64,000 nt of DNA from Cystobasidiomycetes sp. EMM_F5 (Eukaryota): positions 124,001 through 188,000 of the forward strand of contig JBPGPT010000005.1 of NCBI GenBank assembly GCA_051047955.1, in the 5' to 3' direction. Positions 12,499 to 23,631 of this stretch are shown one piece after another. The position numbers and the translations under genes were made by a program. Each line of letters begins with the position of its first letter. The stretch's first letter is position 1. Below the pieces are notes generated by a model. That model made no database searches, had not been told where the DNA came from, and saw only the letters and a program-made list of their open reading frames with translations.

Positions 12499-14188
12499 AT
12501 GCAAGACTTGAACGAGCAGCATAATGTGGGCACTCCAGGTTCTAGTCGCAGCCCTGCTCCCGTCGTCTCCTCTCCCGTCCCACCGTCCAGCCAACACCAC
12601 CTTCCTATCGGGCACAGCACCCATCTTCCGGCACAATCCAGCTCGGGCGAAGTTGTTCAAGGCTTGCCAGAGGAGGCTGGTGGTGTGCAGACTCCAAACT
12701 CTCGCGGTAAAGTAATCTTGCCCGCCGCAGTCGCTTTACCGGTTAACGCCTACGGCCACGCGAATGAAGCCGGCGGATGGACATCAGAGTCTGTGTCAAG
12801 ACCCTCGTCCCGTCCAACGTCTCCATCTCCTTCACCCGGTGCGCGACATGCTAGCCAATCCCGCTCGTCAGCTTCGCCGGCGCCAATCCGCCGCTCAGCT
12901 TCCAATGCACATCCAAAAGTTGCTGGAAGTCACCACCTATCCCCGTCTCCATCGTCGTCCAATGTCCTCCAGCCCACTGCTTCTACTACATTACCTGATC
13001 TATCAGCCTCTACCAGCTCACTCAACGAGAATGCCGTGTTTGAACGGGATGTAGAATTTCTTCAAGAGCACGCACTGAGTCAGTGAACATATACACATAT
13101 CCGGATAGTAAAACTGATACACATGCCAACTGTTGATAGCCGGGAGTGAAGCCATCGATCTCGCGGCTGCGCCCGTCCTTTCCGAAGTTGCCATGATTGA
13201 CACTATTCCCACGGCTTCTGCCCCAGAATCCTTGCCACCTGGTCACTCCAATCTGATGACTCCTGAAAGACACGTTTCGCCGTCGCCAAGTAGCCTGCAC
13301 GTTGCGAGAAGCAGTGGTTCGCCCTTACAAAATCTCCTAGCTGCAACATATGACACCTCGCTGTCTGCTCACCTTTCCCCAGCGAGCGGCGTGTCTCCAG
13401 CCCACTCTGTCCCAGGATCGCCCAGAGGTGCCAGTTCGCCTTCAATGACAAGTAGCGCGATGGCGGATCACGCCAACTACTCTGCGCATATCGGAGGTTC
13501 CGCCACGCCGCACACACCGAGTCTTGAGCCACAAATCGTGGCAGCTCTCGATAATCTCCTTGAGCCAGATGCAAGCCGTACTGTTGCTGGATCAGCACTT
13601 TCTGACGATGACGACGCGCCGGATGCGCTCGGAATGAACAGGGATGGAAGCAGACGCTTGAGTTTTGTATCATATGCAGACATTATCAATGCGGAACGGT
13701 CAGAACCGCACTCGATGACATCGTCGCCTGCTCCTGCTTCCCACACGCACTCTTCAGACGTCAGGCACAATACCGCGACTCCGACACATAACGTGGCCCG
13801 TACGATGGGCGGCGGGACTTCTGCACTCATTGCACCTTCACCCCTTCATCCAGCGGTGTCTGTCGCAGGTCCGACATCTCATAGTCTGACGTCTTCAAGG
13901 TCGACTACGGATGAATCCGACCCATTCCTTTCGTCATCGGACCAAGTCGCACATGCTAAGCAGACACCACAGCATGATGGAAGTTCCGCGACACATGTAC
14001 AATCGCGAACAGTCACAAACGGGAATGTCACTGAGACGCCGGAAGCAGCTTCCCGTATAAGCGATAGTAATACCTCTCCGTCTTCATCTTGGGATATGCT
14101 CGGTCTCGATCAAGTATTGAGTACAGCAGCAGGCGCACTTGGTTTGACAGCAAAAGAAAAGGAGAAGGAATCGCGAACAGGCGAATGA
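12499..14188 (+). CDS. Hypothetical Ser/Pro-rich disordered fungal protein, 2 exons
   Basis: ORFs 12499-13086 and 13133-14188 joined by an intron near 13083-13139; short ordered-looking motifs VFERDVE, EAIDLAAAPVL, RRLSFVSYADIINAE. Confidence 0.75.
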
Positions 14189-14631
14189 CAGACAAGAACG
14201 GAAGGACAGCCCGCATTGAATGCCGAGATTTTACCATACGGGTCATGGTCACCACCCGCGGACGAGCAAAACCTGAGAGGTTCGCATGAACGGGCGCAGG
14301 CCAAGCGAAGCAAGTCAGATAGCCTGATGAGGTCGTAGCACAACGACGGCAGTGTAGCATTAAGTATCGAGGCGAAGGGATTTGGAAATCGCTGACGTAT
14401 GTCTGCCTATCACGCTTTGTGCTTGTGATATTGGCAGTCATACCGCTCCGTTCTAACGTTCTCCATTTGTGAGCACTCTTCCCTCGACAATGTTTGGGCC
14501 ACGCCTGCTCGGTTGACTTCCGCCCATCATCTATGCTTGGACAGTTCTGTTTGGCTCCCACGCTACATACTGACCGTGCTGATCTGACTGAGCTTGGCAA
14601 AGGTTTACAGCTCATCAAACGCTCAAGGGGC

Positions 14632-15929
14632 ATGTGGGATACTCAGGCAGACACTCCGCCGGCGTCGCCGTCCACTCAGACGGCTGAAGAGGTCATTCAC
14701 ACAGAAGGGCCGAAGAAGGCTACTGGTGCGTCTGAATTCTGGCAGAGCCCGTCACGAGCTTACATTGGTATTTGAATAGCTCGCTCCTCCAGCTATTATG
14801 CGGACGTTTTGAAGCGTCGTAAAGAAGTGTGTACATCAATTGAAGAACAACAGTATGGATGGGGCGATCTCTCCAGACTTCCTTCACAATCGAGGCTCGC
14901 TTCTATCGTTAAGGCACATCGCACGAATGCGGAGAATCAAGGTATACTAGCCACGACACCTCTGTGTCGACAGCAGCTGACCGACGATGCGTCTATGCCA
15001 CACTCCAAAGGAGGCGGCTCATCAAGATTAGATCAAGACTTCACTCGCCTTGGTATCCATGAGCTCATTGACCCCTTGGACTATGCGCCGCGAGTCTCAC
15101 GGAGCAGTCGTACCGTGCAACGACAAAGATCCAAAAGCCGGCTGCGTTGGCCTCGGACTTGCATCAATTCGTCTGCATTTGATGACAAGCACATGGACAT
15201 GGCTCCGCCACTACCCGAAAAGAGCGAGATACACTTGCGTCAGATGGAAGCTGCTAGAGCCGCTCGTGATCACTTTCTCAAACGCAGATATGCGCGAGGC
15301 AGCATTATGTATTCGGCAGAAACTGGCGTTGCCAGAATTCCACGTAAGTATTAGCAGCAGTAGCTGACTCGGGCCGGAACTGACAGTAGTCTTGTCTCTG
15401 TCCACAGTATACAACGCGCCGCATGCAGCTGGGTTAGGGGCAGCGGCGCCTGCACTGTCCTCTTTCGCCCCAAGAGCTCCTCTGACGGTGAAGGGATCGG
15501 TAGACCCAACGTCGGACATACCGATTGCTACTGCTGCCGCCACAGTCGCACCAGATGGACAAGTGGTGGACATCATCCGGCAGAAAGGGTTCAAAAGGAC
15601 AGGCAGTCGCTACTCGGCCTTCGTAAGAGCTGGAGCGACCCCCACACCTACTCCCAAGAATACACTTCCGGGAAGTCCGCTCGCCCTCTTACAGCTATCA
15701 ACCTCAGAATGAGTGCGATTTGTTGCAGCTGTACACACTCATATTGGCCTTGGACGGAGTACTTACACCATGTCCTCCCGTTCGCTGCAAGGCTGCCAAA
15801 ATTTGCCACCCCCTTTCTTCGCCGACCTCCTCAAAGGCCCCACATTTGCTGAGCGTGATTTTGTCAGAGAGCTGCGCTCCGCAAGAGGCTGGATACAAAC
15901 CTGAACTCCTTGATCCAACACGGTCCTGA
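14632..15929 (+). CDS. Hypothetical basic/disordered protein, multi-exon (weak model)
   Basis: Consecutive + strand ORFs separated by GT...AG introns with branch sites; no recognisable domain. Confidence 0.45.
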
Positions 15930-16281
15930 TCTATGCTGTCGTGCATGCTGAACCGGTGTTTCTTGATGACGCTGGCGTCCGGTTGCAATTTGCCGTGGAA
16001 TGCACGATCAAGCATAGACCATCCATCAACCACGACCTCAAAGCTGAGGGTGAGCCAAGTTGACTGACGAAACTGATCGGTAAATCCACTCCCTTTGCCC
16101 CGAACTGCGAGCAGAGAGGAGAACCAAGTGCTCCTTTTGACCTTCCCCATCGTTTGAAACGTAAAGAACGCGCAGGACGCAGTTCGCAATCAGAGTGCTT
16201 GCACTGTGCACATTACTCCAGAACCTCAACATCATCAGACTCTGCAAGATGTCGCCTCCAGCTTCGCCGCGCAAGACAGTT

Positions 16282-17576
16282 ATGCTTCCGATTCTGCTCC
16301 TGGCGAGCATGCGACTCTTGCCGATGGTCAACTCGCAGAACACTGCGACCTGCGCAAGTTTCACCTGTCCCGGCACTCCTTCCGGAACCAGCAGTAGTAC
16401 CGGAGAGGGCACAACGTCGTGGTAGGTTTCTGACAGAGAATCGCGAAACTCCGATGGTAACCAGAATACTGATCTGCTTCCTTTACCAGCACCTACAGTG
16501 ACTCAGGAACTTGTGTCTACAATACATCCAGTAAGGCAGATGCCGCATTATCGCCGCCTGATCACAAGCTGATTCGCGTAAAAGATGGGCAATTGCAGTC
16601 TGGTAGCAGTACCTGTCCTTCGTTTCGTAGGGTTTGAGTGTACATCGATAGTGTTGCGCCGCTGCTAAGGATGAGTACAGTCTCATGTGCAACGTGTCAG
16701 CCTGGATACGGTCTGGATGACGGAGAGTGCGACAAGTGCTCTGCGAGTCAGTACAGCCCGGCGGGGTCCGCGACCTGTGAGTGCTGAACGTGAGCAACTC
16801 ATCGATCGCTTGATCTGATCCACCCCGATACAGCTTGTCAGGAATGTGCTGCAGGTTTGAAACCGAATACTGACGGCAGCGATTGCATTGTTGAGGCACC
16901 ACAGAATTGTGCGACGTATGCTAACGGATGTGCAGCAGCCGACAGGAACGGACAACAGTACTCGACCGGCGTCTTGAATCCCGATGGATCTGTGACATGG
17001 TCAGTCGGCAGTGGCAAAGGCAGCTTTAATTTAATGTTTTAACGCCGGCCACAGCCAATACACGAGCACTGCTGGCCAACAAAGCATCACTGGGAAGACG
17101 ACTCACTCTTGTAGCTACGCGTCAGGTGGGTGAGACTCACGCAGTCGCGTACGCACTGTGCTGATGGCGCGTGTTGTACAGATGGACAGCTTTCGACAAG
17201 CGACATTAGCAATACATGCTGGTCATACAGTAAGTTTCAACGGGTTGCCTTCCTGAGGAAGCCGCGTGTCTAAGAAGATTCACAGCCCCGGAGGTGTGCA
17301 GTACGTGCCAGGGCGCGTACGGGTACAACGATGGAACTTGTAATGCATGCTCCCCTGGCACTGTCAGCCCAGCAGGGTCATCAGAAGGTAAAAAATTTCA
17401 ACGAGTCGGCGCACCAGGCTCTGACGCAGACACCACCGTCAGCATGCTCGGCTTGCTCCGCGCCTTATTCTGCCAACACCGCTCAAACCCAATGCGCCTT
17501 AATGAGCTCAGGTGCTCCTGCGAGACGAGAACGCTCAAAGCGAGATCGCGCTAGAAGGGAAAAGGCGAAGTTCTAG
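16282..17576 (+). CDS. Secreted cysteine-rich repeat protein with many small exons
   Basis: Signal peptide MLPILLLASMRLLPMVNSQ; CxxC repeats CATCQPGYGLDDGECDKC...SPAGS and CSTCQGAYGYNDGTCNAC...SPAGS; basic C-terminal tail. Confidence 0.75.
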
Positions 17577-17772
17577 TCAAATTCACTATATGGACACTAG
17601 GATTACAGGAGCAGTACCCGGGCATAGCAAATTTTAGCGGCCACTTGTAACATACATTCTTGTAGGCGTAATTTGCGATAGGGCTGGCAACAACAAGCGG
17701 AGACTCTAGTATTAGTGCGGGCGTCGACTTCCGCCACTCGGCTGACAGCGTGCAAGCACCCAGCAGTTAATC

Positions 17773-19610
17773 CTACTCGTCATCACTGTCCTGGTCATCA
17801 AAGTCCTCCTCGTCTAGATCGTCCATGTCATCTTCGTCCTCCGAAAAGCCGTGCTCCCAATATCCTTCAGGGTCCTCCTCGTCCACCATATCTATTTCAT
17901 CCTCTGTATCAAAGTCTTCTTCGTCGCCATCACCGTCGCCAGGCTCTACCCTGAACGCTATCCCGTTCTCGGTGCATACCAAGTCGAGCGATGTAATAGC
18001 GGCTTCGGTCGTCTCGAATCCCCAATCCTCCGACAACTGCAAAGACTTAAGAGCTGGGAATCCAGCCATCTCCTTGTTGTCCTTGCTGCGATATTTCACG
18101 ATGAGTTGTGAAACATCCTTTAACGTTATCATATCGCAGTACCCCAGGTCTAAAGAAACTAGTTTTGGACACAGTGCGAACCGCTCAAGGAAAGAGATGG
18201 TGCAATCGGCCATGTCTATCTCGAGGTGCCAGAGTTGCGGCATGTCGAACATAGGCCCATTGTTCAGTGTTTCTGCCGCACCGGATTCCATCGGAGTCGC
18301 TAAGAGACTCAGAACTTTCAGCGAGCTAGACAGCTGTTGTAGCCATTCGTGCACTCCTGCTTCAGTAATGTGCTGGCAGCTAGAATTGATCCAGACTCGT
18401 CAGCACCGGTGGTAGGTATTTCCGAATATCAAATGACCAACTCTTCCAGTTCGAGATATTCCAGTCGCGATTGCCATTGCTTCTGCGGCCACGTATCATT
18501 GACCATCTGGCAATCCTCCAATTCCAGACGCTTCAGATTCGGCATGTTCGCCAAAATATCAAGGATTGGTCGGCCCCTGTGCGACTGCGATTCGACGCCA
18601 GAAAGTTCCAAGTGGACTAGATTTGGCAATTTCTCCAAGATTGTTCCCACTATTTGGGTACTCATCACTCTGGTTGTTGCATCTGCCGTGAGGCATAGGC
18701 TCCTAAGCTGCGAACCGTAGGCGGTGATCTTCAGAATTTCGTTCGCATAGTCATCGAGCTCGGTATCGGGGTTATATGCATCATCTGCGTACCCAAAGTC
18801 TATATCGATGGATATTAGATTTGGTAGATTCCGGAGCAACTTGGAAGCCAAGAGCAAGCGAGCGTATGGATCCCATCGGCCGCTGTCATCCCGGTCTTGA
18901 TCATCAATGTAGTGAAATTCTTCATTCTGCCCTAGAGTGGTCCGAATCCACAACTGCAAAGAACTTCTTAGCGACGTCGGGGTGCAAATATAGATAAATC
19001 GAGTTACATTCTTTGTGAAATGACCGTATTTTGACAGACAGTGGTCAATCCAGTACTGGACCTTGGAATTGTCTCTTCCCTCAAAGTCGACGGTCTCGTA
19101 CAAGTATGGCAATGCCAATGTCCGCAGTGCCCTACACGTCAACGCCAGAGCATGAACGGCCAAAACAGGAGACTTGTAGCGCTTTGCATCTTTGCAAGAG
19201 ACCGGTTTATGGTGTACGGTTTGGCAACCATAGCAGAAGTCTGGAGGTTTGTCATCGGGCCACCCTGCATCTGAAGCATCATCGTTTGGATCGTCATCGC
19301 CGTCTTCCTCTTCGGTTTCCCAGCCATCGTCGGCGTCAGCCTTGCTTCTGCCATTCCCGTTGGTATTCTGCACTGCAGCACCCGAAGTTGGAGTACGGTC
19401 AATTACTAGTGGTCCGCCAGAACCATCGTCGTCGAGTAGTTCACAATCATTCTCGGAGCACTTCTCTGCACAAACGACGTTAGCATCTCGTATGCTACCC
19501 TAAAGGTGTGCGATCTGACCGATGATACGCTGAATGACTTCAAGCGGTAGCGCAGCAAAGTCCAGCTTAGACCGGCGAGCGGACTTCTGAAATGGCTCTG
19601 ACTGCTCCAT
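17773..19610 (-). CDS. F-box-like / RNI-like LRR protein, paralog 1
   Basis: N-terminal FAALPLEVIQRII, LALTCRALRTLALPYLYETVDF, LRR motifs (LPNLVHLELSG, MPNLKRLELEDC), acidic C-terminal tail. Confidence 0.8.
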
Positions 19611-20024
19611 CGAGCCAGGAGACGGTCGTGTATTATGCAGCAGTCCTCAGAGTAGGCGGCTTAAGTCCAGGCTTCGGTGCAACATTAATTGATAGAAGAT
19701 AAAGGGCAAGTTAAAACTGCAAGCGATTTGGGTACGATATGTAGCGGAGATGTCGCACTCGAGTGGTCTTCTGAGATACGAGGAACTGATTATATTACAC
19801 TCCTTCAAGGCATTCGATTGAGAAAAGGATATGCCGGCTCGTCACGAAGGTGCGCCGGGGTGGTAATATGCGATCAATACATGTCGATATTCCTAGAAAC
19901 GCTAATGTTCGCCCGACACCGCCTGCAGACGCGTTCCTAATGTTCATCGCTGACCACTTGATGAGTGTCAACAGTACTTCCCGGCTGCCTATCCGCGCTT
20001 AGAATTGATTCGTGCATGGTATTC

Positions 20025-21582
20025 CTACTCTTGAGGGGAATCATCGGAGTCATCTGATTCATCCGCTGAATTGATATCGTCCGTGTCACCGCCTCCGACA
20101 CGCGACAATATCGACAACTCTATCGCATATGCTGCACATACCGAAGCGAGCCTCTTCATGACGCGTGCTCTTGCTTGCATGCGCCATTCCTTCTTCAACT
20201 GCAGTTCTTCGAGAGCCACAAAGCCCGCACGTCCGCCTGCGCTACCGTCACAGTATTTCGTGATCATGTCGCAAACCTTCGCCGAGTCGATCATGGTGTG
20301 GGAGCCCAATCGAAGGCATCGCAGTTTGTCACAGAGAGCAAATCTGCTGAGGAATGCGATATCACAATGACCCACTTCCACCTCGAGGTACCGCAGCTGA
20401 GGCATGTCGAACATCTGGCCGCCATTGAGCGTAACAGCTTCCCCAGTAAAATGCCATGGAGGCACTGTAAGAACCAAGTATTTGATTGAGCTGGATAGCT
20501 GTTGCAACCACTCGTCCACAGCTGCTTCTCCAATTTCTTCGCAGCTGTGCGTCACGGTTGACAGTGGGTCAGCAGTAAAACCCTAGCGTCAGATCCAGAG
20601 ACGAAACAGACTGACTGCTGCAGTTTGAGTAGCTCCAACTGGGATCGCCATTGACGCTTTGGCCACGAATCAGTCACTGCTGAGCAATTCCAGAGATCCA
20701 ATTGTTTGAGGCGCGAGTTCCCCGCCAACACATCGAGCAGACGTTCCGTGCAAGGTGTCTCCGAGAAATAGCTGAGCTCAATGCACTCTAGGTTTGGTAA
20801 TTCCTCCAGGATTGCGCACAGCGTGTCGTTGTCTGGGAACTCTGGGTCTGAGCTTGCAGCACTGATAGCAAGATGCGTTGTATGCAGTTTATGACCCGTA
20901 ATACCAAGTATTTGGGTCCTGTACCCCGACACGTCCCTGCATGTCGGACACTGGCCATCCGTACAGCAGTGTGAGGGTGGATATATGTACAGAAGATCGA
21001 CATCGATTGAATGCAGAGACGGGAGAGTCGTCAAAAGCTTCACGACAAGAACGCCGCGAGTCTGTGGGTCCCATCGCTCGACACCGCGATCATCGTCAGC
21101 AATGGTGCTGCCCCAGAGCTTGTTCTCAAAAATACTGCTTCGTATCCAGAGCTGTAGTAAGGCATCAGACAGTAGCCGGGGATGTGCGTATGTTTTAAGA
21201 CTCTACCCGGTTCACATAATGTCCATACTTATCCATGCACAGATCAATCCACCGACCTACTGCCGCGTTGTCCTTCTGGATGAAGTCGACATAATCGTAG
21301 AGGATAGGAAGCGAAAGAGCTCGCAGAGATTTGCATGTTCTCGACATGGCTCCTACAGCTGTATCTTCCTGTTCGGCGCTCGGCCTGTAGTACGGGGTCT
21401 GTCTCCGCCAGGGGAATTTCGAAGGATCGCTGTGAAGCGGAGCAGAGTCTATCTTGAAGCATTCATCTACATGCAGAATATTAGCGGTTTGCCTGTCATT
21501 GTAGATAAGTCAAGCCTGTACCTATGACGCGCTGGACAACCTCGAGCGGCAGACTCCTAAAATCGCCCATAGCCTCGGACAT
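20025..21582 (-). CDS. F-box-like / RNI-like LRR protein, paralog 2 (tandem duplicate)
   Basis: FRSLPLEVVQRVI, MSRTCKSLRALSLPILYDYVDF; shares WLQQLSSS..., MFDMPQL, F..RFALC.KL and intron positions with paralog 1. Confidence 0.8.
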
Positions 21583-21747
21583 GTTGCTGCGTTGCAGTCA
21601 GCGTTTCTCGACGAAGTTGATAATGTTCTGAGTTCGAGTGCCTCAGGCCGTAAGTCTGCAGATTACGCGAGTTGGCAAAAGTTACGTATTGACAGAAAGG
21701 CTCACCTGCGTGTCAACTGGCGTAAGGAGACTACGCAATCAAAGTAC

Positions 21748-22883
21748 ATGCATCAGGATGATGCGCAGGTGTGTGGATTTTCTTGTTGACGCGGTACCAA
21801 CTCAGCTCGCTTCGAGAGGGGGTGTCGTATCGCCTGTTCAACCGAAAGCTCACAACGCCAACTTTTTCCAGACGGGACAGCAAGATATCCGCGAAGACAC
21901 TGGCAATGAGATCCTAGACCTTCCTACCGAAAGGACATTCACCAATGACGAACGAGGATACGCCAATATCGCCGACTTCAGTTTCCTCCCGACGGAATTG
22001 CAGATAGCGACTGATGCAGGACCTGGTGATTGCAGTTCATCGTCTAGCTCTCTGTACACGTCTGATGGTGGTATTCAAATCGCGATGTGCTTCCTCGTAG
22101 GCTGTGGAGGTGTGGGTGGCGACACATATCGGAATGACGATGGACAATACTAATGTTGCAGCCGGCAGCACTTGTGGCCTAGTGCGGGTATGGGATACTC
22201 TTCTCCCTCCGTGCTATAAACTAAATTGATACTATGGAAATAGTCGTACTATCAAGATACCTTCTCCACATGTCTCAGACAGATCCGTCACGCCTGTCGC
22301 ACAAAACCTGCATAGAACTCGGAGCTGGTACGGGTGTCGTTGCTTTGGCACTCGCTTCCCTTCGCATACCAGGCTTGCAGATATACTCGACCGACCTGAA
22401 GGAGCTACTGCCTCTCGCCATGCGCAATGTAGCGCTAAATGCCATGCAAGATCGCGTCAAGGTGGCAGAGCTCGAATGGTAATGCTTGCCAGTGCTCTTA
22501 GCATAGTCCACATGCTGACAGTCGCTCTCGCTTGTTACAACAGGGGGAAACCGTTGCCTGATGATGTGCCGCACCAGCCTGATCTCATTCTTCTAGCTGA
22601 CTGTATCTATGTAGGCTGAGTCATTGACCGCAGAAAGTGGCGAATGCGCTGATTTAGGAACAAGCAGCTCGAACCGACCTTCCCGATGTTGGTAGACACG
22701 CTGCGTCTGCTGTGCAGTGACAAAACCAACATATTACTGTGCTACAAGAAGCGTAGAAAGGCCGACAAGCGTTTTTTCGTGCTACTGAAAAAGCAGTTTG
22801 CGTACGAGGAGGTACTGGATGACCCGTACAAGCCTGTCTATGAACGCGAAGGGCTGTTTCTGTACCGCCTTACCAGGCGATAG
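21748..22883 (+). CDS. Protein-lysine methyltransferase, METTL21/Efm6 type (Methyltransf_16), multi-exon; start uncertain
   Basis: DAGPGCGGHLWPSAVVLSRY (after splicing), motif I IELGAGTGVV, ELEWG, DLILLADCIY, YKKRRKADKRFF. Confidence 0.85.
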
Positions 22884-23631
22884 GTGTCGGCTTCGCTGGA
22901 CACAGCAAGTCGAGTGGAGAAGGATGTAAAGGAGCAAGAGGAACCCGCGTCAGGATACGAGTAAATAGGCTAGCCCGTCGTCGAGACAGGTCATCAAACC
23001 ATGTTGTTGACGTCAAAATCCCCACCTTCTTCATTTGTAATTTCTCATGGTGGCCGCGGGAAGTCTAAGGATGATGCATTAGGCACGATTCTTTCGGCAC
23101 AAGAGCGTTGGGCATTCTTGCAAGCACATCTTTGCTTGCCTTCGACCGCTGTCAGTGCTACTGCTACACTGCAAAGTAGCTGGCCGGTCTATCGCAACCA
23201 GCCCAGCTTTAGTGCTGAGCACGGTTGCACCAGGTCGAGTCGAATTCGGGACATCGTTATCGCACTTTTGAACGGGAGCAGCTTTTCATTTACGGTCTGG
23301 CTTTACGACGAGCAGTATTAGTACTCTACCACGTATACGTTCTCTCTCGAGACTGGCACATCAACCAAGATCCTCGCCGTCGTCCGCCATTTGAAGTGTC
23401 CGTCGTCATTGAGATTGGCTTTCTGGCTTTACTGGCTGGCTGGCTGCGTTCGGGTTCGCTTCAACGCTGACCTCGACCATTGGTTGGCGCTATTCTGATC
23501 CTACACGACCCTCTGATTTCTGGTGACTGCGAAAGAAACTCAGCCACAACACTTTTCACGCAACTGCATTTCGGGATAAAGTGCCTGGCTTTGAAATTCT
23601 TCTAACCCAGAATCCAACACTCCCAAAAGCA

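Noticed and set aside
17565..17576. C-terminal AKF resembling a peroxisomal PTS1
   Set aside because: The protein has a signal peptide and many cysteines, so it is routed to secretion
17825..18415. 196-aa Ser-rich + strand ORF
   Set aside because: Antisense shadow of the acidic tail of the F-box/LRR gene
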